Shown: piece by piece, positions 23,920 through 32,000 of the stretch
Numbering within the stretch: the stretch's first letter is position 1
Layout: each line of letters begins with the position of its first letter
From: Patescibacteria group bacterium
GTDB lineage: Bacteria > Patescibacteriota > Patescibacteriia > UBA2591 > UBA6264
Length of the DNA stretch: 32,000 bases
Assembly: GCA_028713575.1 (NCBI GenBank)
Contig: JAQTOB010000001.1
Span: 30,001-62,000, forward strand
Direction of reading: 5' to 3'
Position numbers and translations under genes: made by a program
Notes under the pieces: generated by a model
What the model was told of the DNA's origin: nothing
Databases searched by the model: none
Seen by the model: only the letters and a program-made list of their open reading frames with translations

Positions 23920-24624
23920 TTATTTTCCATTAAGATTGTTCCTCTTTTTGTCCGGTAAACTATTTTTGAAAAATCGCCCAAAACCTAATGCTGATAAAAA
24001 TTTTAGAAAAACATTTTTCAGAAATAATCCCCTTTTAATAATAAAAAAATCTTTGAAGTGACACCATTCTCTAACATCTTCCCCTAATTTTTGGATTAAC
24101 GTCAAACTGTTAACTGGCGTTTTGACTATTTTATAGTTTTTCTTATTGTTTTTTATCCAAGAAACCACATACTGTGTAGACCTCATCCATGAATCGTGAA
24201 AAAGTATGTATCCTTTATGATTTAGCAATAAATCAATGTAATAAAAATCAATAAAAATGTCATCAAATTTATGGCCTCCATCAATAAAAGCAAAATCTAT
24301 TTTTACGTTCTTTTTCAGTAACCCCGGTAAAACATTGTGTGAAAAATCATTTTTAAGATTAAGATACTTTTTCAGGCCCAATTTTTCCATATTCTCCAAA
24401 CCAAGATTAAAATATAGTCCTTGTGAAGGATCTATGACATAGTGAATGCTTTTAGTTGCAGAAATGATATAAGCCGTTGAACAACCGTAAGCAAATCCCA
24501 CCTCAAGTGTTTTTTTTAGATTATTATCCTTAAGAAAATTGTAAATATATTCGCCCTCTGTCTCAGTGATAGAAGTTGCCTTGTCTCCGTTAGGGATTTC
24601 TAGTTGTTGATAAATTCCGGTCAT
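23920..24624 (-). CDS. Class I SAM-dependent methyltransferase (O-methyltransferase family 3/Methyltransf_24-like)
   Basis: SAM motif I 'LEVGFAYGCST' and 'FAFIDGGHKF'. The substrate is unknown. Confidence 0.65.
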   Translation of the reverse strand: MTGIYQQLEIPNGDKATSITETEGEYIYNFLKDNNLKKTLEVGFAYGCSTAYIISATKSIHYVIDPSQGLYFNLGLENMEKLGLKKYLNLKNDFSHNVLPGLLKKNVKIDFAFIDGGHKFDDIFIDFYYIDLLLNHKGYILFHDSWMRSTQYVVSWIKNNKKNYKIVKTPVNSLTLIQKLGEDVREWCHFKDFFIIKRGLFLKNVFLKFLSALGFGRFFKNSLPDKKRNNLNGK

Positions 24625-24719
24625 AATCCAAAAAAAAATTAAAATTTATTAAGTTTTATATTAAAGGCTCTTCCTTAATTTTGTATATTTGCAATGTCTA
24701 TAATATTATCATTTATAAC

Positions 24720-24822
24720 GGGGATTTAGGGACCGCCCCCCCCCTTTCTCTCTCCGCAAACTTGCTCTAGAAGAGAATTTTAGGGCGTTTTTTAAAATTT
24801 AGAACTATTTCGACTACTCGGA
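24720..24822 (-). repeat. Diverged inverted copy of the 97-nt repeat
   Basis: The reverse complement reads tagtcgaaatagttctaaattttaaaaaacgccctaaaattctcttctagagc...gggggggggcggtccct. It aligns to the 25436-25532 repeat at three anchors with conserved spacing. Confidence 0.5.
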
Positions 24823-25425
24823 TTAAATAAATCTTTCGTTCTTAATAAATTTCGGCTTTGGGGGATTTTTGGATTCCTCTTTAACAAATTCTATATAATC
24901 CTGACGAAGTCCTTCTATCTCTCTTTCTCCGCTATATTCCAAAAAACGATTTCTATCAATTAAATCATCATTGTATTCCTTTTGAAAATAAACCGAAAAA
25001 CTGCTCCAAAGATAATCTTCTAATTTTTTACAAAGCCCCGCCCGTAAAGCATTCAGATCAATATAGGCGCTAACCGCCCAAAAATAAGATTCTGTATTTA
25101 TTAGAGAGGCATAAAATCTATCCTGAAATAAATGGCCCTTTCTTTTATATCTTCTATTAAAATATCCTGCATAATAACTATTAATGTAATGCATTATCTT
25201 GGAAACGACAACTTCGCCGACTTCTACGTATAAATGAAAATGGTTTGGAAGTAAATTATAGGAATAAAGATAAAAACCAAACATTTTTTTTGCCCTTTTC
25301 AAAATCGTCAAAAATTTCTTATAATCCTGTGGTGCTCGGAAAATACATCGTTGATTAACACCACGACAAACTATGTGATATAAAGCACCATTAGTAATAA
25401 TTTTTTCCCTTGTTTTTCGGGGCAT
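24823..25425 (-). CDS. IS200-like / REP-associated tyrosine transposase (RAYT)-like HUH protein
   Basis: HUH motif 'LLPNHFHLYVEV', 'GHLFQDRFYASLI', the Tyr region 'YIDLNALRAGL' and 'DYLWSSF'. This is the Y1_Tnp-family pattern. Confidence 0.8.
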   Translation of the reverse strand: MPRKTREKIITNGALYHIVCRGVNQRCIFRAPQDYKKFLTILKRAKKMFGFYLYSYNLLPNHFHLYVEVGEVVVSKIMHYINSYYAGYFNRRYKRKGHLFQDRFYASLINTESYFWAVSAYIDLNALRAGLCKKLEDYLWSSFSVYFQKEYNDDLIDRNRFLEYSGEREIEGLRQDYIEFVKEESKNPPKPKFIKNERFI

Positions 25426-25435
25426 TTTATTAAAT

Positions 25436-25532
25436 TAGTCGATATTCGACTACTTTTTAAAAATTGTCTTACAACCCGCTTCTAGTAATGATTTTAGAAT
25501 GGTATTTTTAGGGGACAGTCCCCTTTTTATAA
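25436..25532 (+). repeat. 97-nt hairpin-containing repeat, copy 1
   Basis: Contains the palindromes gtcga-tat-tcgac and aggggac-a-gtcccct. It is 95/97 identical to 26769-26865. Confidence 0.85.
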
Positions 25533-25590
25533 AACGACGAGGCGCGAGGAATGTGGTCGTATATGCCGTGTTGGGTGATGTAAAAAACGG

Positions 25591-26553
25591 TTATTTCAAA
25601 TAGTGATTCAAATTAATCTCAACAAAAAAATATTTTTCTCCTCTTTTTGCAAGAAAAAATAAAATTCCATTTTTATCGAGTTCAATTGGATAAGCAAAAA
25701 TCGCACAACAGCTGTTAGTTCTTATTTCATCAAAATCCCGAGAAATTTTTTGACCATTAAAGAAAAAAAATTTTTTTTCATCTTTTTCACCTACGAATCC
25801 TATATTGTCTTTATATGCAAATAAATGTGAACTTGCTTCAACTAAATATTTCTCATTGATCGTTTCATCATTATACCAAATATTTCGCTCCACAATTGGC
25901 GTATTCTTATCCTTCCACTCCTTGAGATCGTAAAAAGTGAATGCGGGTGAATTTAGTATCATGCTTGCATCTTCAATAACACTTTCCGCTCCGAAATACA
26001 TTTTATGGGAAAAAATTTCTTGCTCATTTTTAAAAATAGAATAATTGTCGTCGCCTTTGATGTTTCCAATAGTATAAACGTCCTTACTAAAACCATAAGA
26101 TTCTGCTGTTTGTTTAATATTAATATTATTTATTAAATCTTTTCTAAATTCAGGGTTAATTATTAAACACCAATTATCTGGACCACATTCAGCCACTTTA
26201 AATTCCGGTGGTAGATTATTTTTATATGCTTGCAAGCCAACTATTGAACAATTATCTTTTGTGCCATTTCTACATTCAATTTTGTATTGCAAGTGATACA
26301 TTGGCGTTCGTCCCTGGATTTCATGATTTTGGTTATACCAAAAATTTTTTCCTTGTTTTTGAAGTCGGGTTATTTCTTTTCTGATTAGTGTGAAAATATC
26401 ATCAACGGTTTCACTTGTAAGAGTTGTTTCTATTTCATGGTAAATTTGAGATTGGCTATCAACGGGAATTTTATTTTCCCTGTTTTCAATTTGAGAGGTC
26501 GTGCACCCCGCTAAAAAAAATCCCATTATCAGTAGAAAAAAATATTTCTCCAT
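25591..26553 (-). CDS. Hypothetical lipoprotein (320 aa)
   Basis: The signal peptide has the lipobox 'FFLAGC'. No recognisable domain. The gene is bracketed by the two 97-nt direct repeats. Confidence 0.6.
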   Translation of the reverse strand: MEKYFFLLIMGFFLAGCTTSQIENRENKIPVDSQSQIYHEIETTLTSETVDDIFTLIRKEITRLQKQGKNFWYNQNHEIQGRTPMYHLQYKIECRNGTKDNCSIVGLQAYKNNLPPEFKVAECGPDNWCLIINPEFRKDLINNINIKQTAESYGFSKDVYTIGNIKGDDNYSIFKNEQEIFSHKMYFGAESVIEDASMILNSPAFTFYDLKEWKDKNTPIVERNIWYNDETINEKYLVEASSHLFAYKDNIGFVGEKDEKKFFFFNGQKISRDFDEIRTNSCCAIFAYPIELDKNGILFFLAKRGEKYFFVEINLNHYLK

Positions 26554-26768
26554 AAATGTTTAATTGGTTTTATTTATATTATAAGCGAACTTTTTTATTT
26601 TGCTTAACGTCAGGAACCTCCGAAGTTTTTTTGGAACGAAGTAAAAGAAAAATTCGGGAAAATTGCAAGCTGAACAATTTTTCTTTTATCCCTTGTTATG
26701 CAAATTTAAACTATTTAAACTAAATCGTATTGTATTACATATTTGAGAAACAACCCCTTTTGGTCCCG

Positions 26769-26865
26769 TAGTCGATATTCGACTATTTTTTAAAAATTGT
26801 CTTACAACCCGCTTCTAGTAATGATTTTAGGATGGTATTTTTAGGGGACAGTCCCCTTTTTATAA
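26769..26865 (+). repeat. 97-nt hairpin-containing repeat, copy 2 (direct orientation)
   Basis: Two mismatches relative to 25436-25532. Confidence 0.85.
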
Positions 26866-26900
26866 GTCCCCTTTTTATTGAAGGTCCCTTTTTATTGAAG
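26851..26900 (+). repeat. Three tandem 15-18-nt units
   Basis: The units are gtcccctttttataa, gtcccctttttattgaag and gtccctttttattgaag. The first unit is the 3' end of repeat copy 2. Confidence 0.7.
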
Positions 26901-26991
26901 TAATATTGACTTCTCGTTGCCTATTAAACGAATTTTAAGTATAATGTCTTTGCTTCTTAAGTTTACCACTCTTAAAATAACAGGCAATATT

Positions 26992-27450
26992 ATGTCAATT
27001 ACCCCAACCTATTCGGAAAAACAAACATTTGATTTAGGTAAAAAATTCGCGGAAAAACTCCAAGGCGGAGAAGTTATCGGTTTAACCGGCGATTTAGGCG
27101 CGGGAAAAACCGTATTCATTAAAGGTTTAGCAAAAGGACTGAAAATTGAACAAATTATCAACAGTCCGACATTTGTTTTGATGAAATTATACAAAATCAA
27201 TTCAAAATTCAAAAATCAAAATGCAAAATTACAATGCAAAATTCAAAATTTAGTTCATGTAGACGCCTATCGTTTAAATTCTAGTCAAGAATTAATTAAC
27301 GTTGGCATTGAAGATTATCTGGAAAAGAAAAATGCGATTGTTGTGATTGAATGGGGGGAAAAAGTGAAAGATATTTTGCCAAAAGACAAGATTTCTGTTA
27401 AAATAAAGTTTGGGGGGAAAAAAAATGAAAGAGTAATAAGAATAAAATAA
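26992..27450 (+). CDS. tsaE: tRNA threonylcarbamoyladenosine biosynthesis ATPase TsaE
   Basis: 'GLTGDLGAGKTVFIKGLAKGL', 'SPTFVLMKLY' and 'HVDAYRL' are TsaE/YjeE motifs. Start at ATG 26992. Contains a repeat-encoded insert at 27192-27251. Confidence 0.85.
   Translation: MSITPTYSEKQTFDLGKKFAEKLQGGEVIGLTGDLGAGKTVFIKGLAKGLKIEQIINSPTFVLMKLYKINSKFKNQNAKLQCKIQNLVHVDAYRLNSSQELINVGIEDYLEKKNAIVVIEWGEKVKDILPKDKISVKIKFGGKKNERVIRIK
27192..27251 (+). repeat. CAAAAT-type A-rich repeat tract inside tsaE
   Basis: The sequence is caaaatcaattcaaaattcaaaaatcaaaatgcaaaattacaatgcaaaattcaaaattt. It shares 'aaaaatcaaaatg' with the rpsT and rpmH leaders and 'caaaatgcaaaat.acaatg' with the yidC leader (14917-14945). 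Confidence 0.7.
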
Positions 27451-27555
27451 TCCGAAAAATCCAAATATACCCGAATGTCCCTAATAAAATAATTAATTAT
27501 AAATTATTCGTAGCATTCGGATAAATTCGTAAATTAGAATTATTTTGTGAAAACA

Positions 27556-30150
27556 ATGGATAAACAATACGAGCCAAAAAATTGCGAAACGAAAATTTAC
27601 GAACTCTGGGAAAAGAGCGGATTTTTTAATCCAGACCGACTACCGGGCAAAAGAAGAAAAAAATATTCTATTTCCATCCCTCCGCCCAACATCACCGGTT
27701 CCCTGCATATGGGACACGCCCTGAATAACACAATTCAGGACATTTTAACCCGCTACTACCGCCTGCGGGGCAAAAAAACTCTTTGGTTGCCGGGAATTGA
27801 TCATGCCGGCATTGCCACCCAAAACGTGGTAGAAAAGAAAATCTCTAAAGAAGGATTGACTCGCCATCAACTCGGCCGAGATAAATTTATAGAAAGAGTC
27901 TGGCAGTGGAAGGAAAAATATGGCAACCTAATCTTAGAACAATTAAAAAAACTTGGTTGTTCCTGTGATTGGTCTCGGAGTAGATTCACCTTGGACAAAG
28001 AATACGAACAGGCCGTACAAACCGCTTTTATCAATTATTACAAAAAAGGCTACATCTACCGGGGTCCTCGGATCGTCAACTGGTGTCCCCGTTGCGCCAC
28101 GGCTATCTCCGACATTGAAGTGAAATACCAAGAAGAAAAAGGTGCCTTGTGGTATATTAAATACCCGTTGCTTGAAAATTCCAAATTCCAATTTCCAAAT
28201 TCCAAACAATATCTAAATTCAAAACCTAAAATCCAAAAATTTATTACGGTAGCGACTACTCGACCAGAAACAATGCTGGGAGATGCGGCCGTGGCCGTGA
28301 ATCCCAAGGAAGAAAGATATAAAAAGTTAGTCGGCCAAAAAGTTATCTTGCCAATAATGAACCGCGAGATTCCTATTGTCGCCCATCGTTTAGTTGATCT
28401 TAATTTTGGCACTGGCGCCTTAAAAATCACGCCAGCTCATGATAAAACCGACTGGCAGATTGGCAAAGAAAATAATCTAGAAATAATCAATGTTATTGGT
28501 CCTGACGGAAAAATGTCAAAAGAGGCGGGAAAATATGAAGGCCTCTCAACTCTTGAGGCCAGAAAAAAAATCATCGCCGAACTGGAAATCTTGGGTCTTT
28601 TGGAAAAAACCGAAGAATACGAGCATCAAATCTCCCTGTGTGATCGCTGTCATACTCCAGTCGAACCGCAAATTTCTACCCAATGGTTCGTTCAAATGGA
28701 AAAATTAGCCCAACCGGCGATTAAAGCGGTTAAAAACAATAAAATAAAAATTATTCCCGAACGATATAAAAAGGTATATCTTGATTGGTTAAATAACATT
28801 GAAGATTGGTGCATTTCTCGCCAGCTCTGGTGGGGACACCGTTTGCCAATTTGGCTCTGCCAAACAGCAAACAAAATTAAAAATCCCTGCCTGTCCGGCA
28901 GGCAGGAAAAATTAAAAATCAAAAACATTAATAACGATTATGTTGTTTCGGCGACTCGACCAAAAAAATGCCCATTCTGCGGACAATGCGAGATGAAACA
29001 ATCGGAGGACGTATTAGACACCTGGTTTTCTTCTGCTCTTTGGCCATTCGCTACTTTGGGCTGGCCAATCGCTTGCGCTCAAAATAAAAAATCAAAAATA
29101 AAAATTAAAAAATATTGTAAACCAATTCGCGGTACCGATTTAGACAAATTTTTTCCGACTTCTCTTTTATCCACCGACCGCGGAATCCTTTATCTTTGGG
29201 TGGCGAGAATGGTTTTCTCAAGTTTGGAATTTTTAAAAAAAATACCCTTTAAAACCGTTTACATTCACGCCACTATTCTCAATCCGGAGGGCCGACGAAT
29301 GAGTAAGTCGCTGGGAACGGGCATTGACCCCTTGGGCTTAATTGATAAATACGGCGCCGACGCGGTCCGCCTCGGTCTAATAATCCAAACCAACCGCGAC
29401 CAGCAGGCCATCCGCTTTGATGAAAGAACGATTTTGGCGGCCAGAAATTTTGTGAATAAGCTCTGGAACATAAGTCGTTTTATTGAAATTTCAACAAAAC
29501 AAATCCAAGATTCTAAATCAGAAATCCAAAACAAGTCCAAGATTCTAAACTCAAAAATCAAAACATTAACTCTATCGGACAGATGGATACTTAGCCGCTT
29601 AAATTCCGTTATTGATTCAATAACAAAAAAAATCGCCGATTATCAATTCGGCGAAGCGGGGCAAGAACTTTATGAATTTGTTTGGCATGAATTTGCCGAT
29701 TGGTATTTAGAAATCAGTAAATTTCAAATGGCGGAAAAAAAATTAAAAAATAACACCATTTATTGTTTAAAATTTATAATTTATAATTTATTAAAACTCC
29801 TTCATCCTTTTATTCCTTTTGTCACTGAAGAAATCAACATTCATCTTAATAATTTGACCATAGAAAAAAATGGGGTTTTGCCAGAGAAAGCAATGGAACA
29901 ATTTAGTCAGTTATTGATAGTGGCAAACTGGTCCGCCGTGAAAAGAAAATACATAAATAAAAAGATTGAATCTCAATTTGAGAAAATAAAAAAAATTGTG
30001 GCTGAAATCAGGAACTGGAAATCAGAACAGAAAATTCCTTTTAATCAGGAAGTGGAATACCAAATTCAAAAAGAAGAAAAAAATCTTTTAATCATTAAAG
30101 AGGTAAAAACCCTGGTAGAACAAATGACCAAAACAAAATTGATTTCTTAA
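27556..30150 (+). CDS. valS: Valyl-tRNA synthetase
   Basis: The HIGH-type motif is 'PPPNITGSLHMGHAL'. 'TTRPETMLGD', 'WCISRQLWWGHRLP' and the KMSKS motif 'RMSKSLG' are present. Start at ATG 27556. Confidence 0.9.
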   Translation: MDKQYEPKNCETKIYELWEKSGFFNPDRLPGKRRKKYSISIPPPNITGSLHMGHALNNTIQDILTRYYRLRGKKTLWLPGIDHAGIATQNVVEKKISKEGLTRHQLGRDKFIERVWQWKEKYGNLILEQLKKLGCSCDWSRSRFTLDKEYEQAVQTAFINYYKKGYIYRGPRIVNWCPRCATAISDIEVKYQEEKGALWYIKYPLLENSKFQFPNSKQYLNSKPKIQKFITVATTRPETMLGDAAVAVNPKEERYKKLVGQKVILPIMNREIPIVAHRLVDLNFGTGALKITPAHDKTDWQIGKENNLEIINVIGPDGKMSKEAGKYEGLSTLEARKKIIAELEILGLLEKTEEYEHQISLCDRCHTPVEPQISTQWFVQMEKLAQPAIKAVKNNKIKIIPERYKKVYLDWLNNIEDWCISRQLWWGHRLPIWLCQTANKIKNPCLSGRQEKLKIKNINNDYVVSATRPKKCPFCGQCEMKQSEDVLDTWFSSALWPFATLGWPIACAQNKKSKIKIKKYCKPIRGTDLDKFFPTSLLSTDRGILYLWVARMVFSSLEFLKKIPFKTVYIHATILNPEGRRMSKSLGTGIDPLGLIDKYGADAVRLGLIIQTNRDQQAIRFDERTILAARNFVNKLWNISRFIEISTKQIQDSKSEIQNKSKILNSKIKTLTLSDRWILSRLNSVIDSITKKIADYQFGEAGQELYEFVWHEFADWYLEISKFQMAEKKLKNNTIYCLKFIIYNLLKLLHPFIPFVTEEINIHLNNLTIEKNGVLPEKAMEQFSQLLIVANWSAVKRKYINKKIESQFEKIKKIVAEIRNWKSEQKIPFNQEVEYQIQKEEKNLLIIKEVKTLVEQMTKTKLIS
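28873..28920 (+). repeat. 21-nt GC-rich palindrome flanked by a 13-nt direct repeat, inside valS
   Basis: The layout is aaaattaaaaatc | cctgcctg-tccgg-caggcagg | a | aaaattaaaaatc. It encodes '...KIKNPCLSGRQEKLKIKN...'. Confidence 0.7.
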
Positions 30151-30160
30151 AGAATAAAAA

Positions 30161-30185
30161 ACAAGGATTAAATTTATTTCCTTGT
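30161..30185. terminator. Bidirectional terminator between convergent valS and pilB-like gene
   Basis: The stem acaagga/tccttgt has an 11-nt loop. It is flanked by 'aataaaaa' and 'tttttatttatttt'. Confidence 0.5.
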
Positions 30186-30207
30186 TTTTTATTTATTTTC
30201 TAAAAAA

Positions 30208-31920
30208 TTATTCCGCTACCCTAAAAATCTCTTCTATAGTGGTTGTTCCTTCTAAGGCCTTTAAAATTCCGTCTTGAACCATATTAATCATTCCTTGACT
30301 TTGGGCCAATTCTCTCATTTTATATTCTGAAAGGTCTCCTCCTAAAATAATTTTTTCAATGCTTGCATCAATAATAAAAACCTCATAAATGCCGATTCTG
30401 CCTTTATATCCTAACCCTTGACATATTTCACAGCCTTTGCCGTGATAAAATTTTAAATCATTGTTAATCTTTATTCCGGAATTCTCGGGGATTTCCGCTA
30501 AAATTTTTTTTACTTTTTCCATGTCTCCCGGCGAAATAACAATCTCTTGCTTACAATTTGGACAAATTTTTCTAACTAATCGTTGTCCAATAACCGCATT
30601 AATGGCCGGGGCTAAAAGATAAGGCTTAACGCCCATTGATAAAAAACGAGGAATGGCGCCGGCCGCATCATTGGTGTGTAAAGTAGAAACAACCATATGC
30701 CCAGTCAAGGCGGCTTGAATGGCAATCTCAGCTGTTTCCAAATCTCTGATTTCGCCCACCATCACCACATCTGGGTCTTGACGGAGGATAGAACGAAGCC
30801 CTTTGGCAAAAGTATAATCTTTTGATTTGTCAACCTGACTTTGATTAATCCCTTTCAAATGATATTCTACCGGGTCTTCTAAGGTAATAATTTTTGTCTC
30901 CGGGCTGTTTAATCTATTTAAAATCGCATATAAAGTAGTCGTTTTCCCTGACCCAGTCGGACCAGTGGTAATCACCATTCCGTTTGGTCTTTCTATCTGC
31001 TGTTTTAACTTATTATTGATTTCTTCTCTAAATCCCAATTGTTCAAAACTTAAACTAGCAACAGAAGAGCGTAAAAGTCTCATTACTACGCTTTCACCAT
31101 AAGCCGTGGGAAGACAAGAAACACGAACATCAACTTTTTCTTCTGTTAAAAAAATGGTGAAACGTCCATCCTGTGGTCGGTCAACTATATTCATTTTCAA
31201 TCCGGAAATTAATTTAATACGGGAAATGATTTGTGGCCAAAATTTTTTATTAATTTCCGCAACGTCAATTAGAACTCCGTCTATTCTAAATCTAACTTTT
31301 ATTTCTTCTTCTTCGGCTTCAATGTGGATGTCTGAAGCCCTTGATTGAATAGAACTGGCTATAATTAAATTAACCAAATCAGTAATTTTCGCATTTTTAA
31401 TCTCCTGATTTAAATCCTTAAATGTTTTTATTTTACTTTTAAAAAATTCTACATCTTTAGCGGTAATTTCCACTCCCTTAATGGCTTTACTAATTTTTGG
31501 CAAAGTGGCATAACGTTGATAAACAAAATTGAAACTATGTTCAGAAATAAGATAAAGTTCTGTTTTCAGGCCATATCCTCCCTCTATTTGTTCCCTGTAT
31601 TCTGCCAGGGACGGATTATCCGGCTGAACGGAAGCCAATTTGGCCGTTTGTTCGGTCCGATAAAAACAAATTAGTTTATATTTTAAAGATTCTTCTTGAG
31701 GAATTAAACTTAAGGATTCCTGCGAAACCGGGAAATCAACCAAATTGATATATGATATGCCTATTTGTCTGGCTTGAGCGGAAATTTTTTCTTCTTTGTC
31801 CTTTAATTCAATATCAATTAATTTTTTTTGTAATTTTTCTTGGTCTTCCGACGAACTAATGTTTGGCTTTATATTTGTTGCCTTTTGACTTTGTTTTAAT
31901 AAGTCATTTATATTTAACAT
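30208..31920 (-). CDS. pilB: Type IV pilus / type II secretion ATPase (GspE/PilB family)
   Basis: Walker A 'GPTGSGKTTT', 'ITLEDPVEY', 'RQDPDVVMVGEIRD', the His box 'GHMVVSTLHTN' and the tetracysteine 'CPNC...CEIC'. Confidence 0.85.
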   Translation of the reverse strand: MLNINDLLKQSQKATNIKPNISSSEDQEKLQKKLIDIELKDKEEKISAQARQIGISYINLVDFPVSQESLSLIPQEESLKYKLICFYRTEQTAKLASVQPDNPSLAEYREQIEGGYGLKTELYLISEHSFNFVYQRYATLPKISKAIKGVEITAKDVEFFKSKIKTFKDLNQEIKNAKITDLVNLIIASSIQSRASDIHIEAEEEEIKVRFRIDGVLIDVAEINKKFWPQIISRIKLISGLKMNIVDRPQDGRFTIFLTEEKVDVRVSCLPTAYGESVVMRLLRSSVASLSFEQLGFREEINNKLKQQIERPNGMVITTGPTGSGKTTTLYAILNRLNSPETKIITLEDPVEYHLKGINQSQVDKSKDYTFAKGLRSILRQDPDVVMVGEIRDLETAEIAIQAALTGHMVVSTLHTNDAAGAIPRFLSMGVKPYLLAPAINAVIGQRLVRKICPNCKQEIVISPGDMEKVKKILAEIPENSGIKINNDLKFYHGKGCEICQGLGYKGRIGIYEVFIIDASIEKIILGGDLSEYKMRELAQSQGMINMVQDGILKALEGTTTIEEIFRVAE

Positions 31921-32000
31921 ATTTATTCAATTATTGATTTTGCTTCGTTAATCAATTTTATTATTTTTAATTCGCTAATTTTTGTTTTTCTCTTTAAGGT

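Larger units (their letters stand above)
24720..25532 (-). mobile_element. IS200/RAYT-like unit: HUH-Y1 transposase gene flanked by inverted ~100-nt hairpin repeats
   Basis: The transposase ORF (24823-25425) is bracketed by 25436-25532 and a diverged inverted copy at about 24720-24822. The anchors tagtcga, ttttaaaaa and cttctag occur at identical spacing (12 and 15 nt) in both copies. Confidence 0.6.

Noticed and set aside
26851-26900. Tandem repeats as a possible CRISPR array.
   Set aside because: There are only three contiguous 15-18-nt units with no spacers and no cas genes. They are reiterations of the hairpin arm of the 97-nt repeat.
27451-27555. T-box leader upstream of valS.
   Set aside because: The gap is only about 105 nt. 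It lacks the conserved T-box sequence (AGGGUGGNACCGCG-like) and a terminator/antiterminator pair. Only a weak ccgaatg/cattcgg complementarity is present.
1-32000. Alternative genetic code (UGA recoding, as in some candidate phyla).
   Set aside because: TGA terminates holA and rpmH at the positions expected from homolog lengths, and long ORFs are intact under the standard code.

Overview
This is an AT-rich, gene-dense bacterial chromosomal segment. It uses the standard genetic code: TGA terminates holA and rpmH. Content is almost entirely streamlined housekeeping genes. These include aminoacyl-tRNA synthetases (asnS, aspS, valS), tRNA modification genes (queA, tsaC, tsaD, tsaE) and the classic rpmH-rnpA-yidD-yidC cluster. 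Also present are rny, clpP, rbfA, ruvA, holA, a stand-alone 5'-3' exonuclease, rpsT, rplU, ftsX, mscL and a type IV pilus/T2SS ATPase. The small proteins, tight spacing and lack of biosynthetic genes suggest a reduced Patescibacteria/CPR-like genome, but that is inference only. Two tRNA genes are present, Cys-GCA and Glu-UUC. No rRNA genes or CRISPR arrays were seen.

The features that ordinary gene calls do not explain are:

1. The tRNA-Glu locus. An intact tRNA-Glu is preceded by a small GIY-YIG nuclease ORF. Upstream of that lies a truncated second tRNA-Glu copy whose anticodon loop holds a 51-nt GC-rich triple-hairpin insert.
2. A family of short GC-rich hairpin sequences. They occur in an intergenic region, in the pseudo-tRNA, and in frame inside holA and valS.
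3. A-rich CAAAAT/TCCAAA-type repeat tracts. They are shared between the 5' leaders of rpsT, rpmH and yidC and in-frame insertions in tsaE, valS and tsaD.
4. A 914-aa Hsp100/Clp-family protein in the yidC operon. It is membrane-anchored and carries an N-terminal zinc ribbon. Its D1 ATPase motifs and both pore-loop tyrosines are lost.
5. An IS200/RAYT-like HUH transposase flanked by inverted ~100-nt hairpin repeats. A third, 97-nt near-identical direct copy brackets a lipoprotein gene.

All calls rest on motif recognition by eye. No database searches were run.
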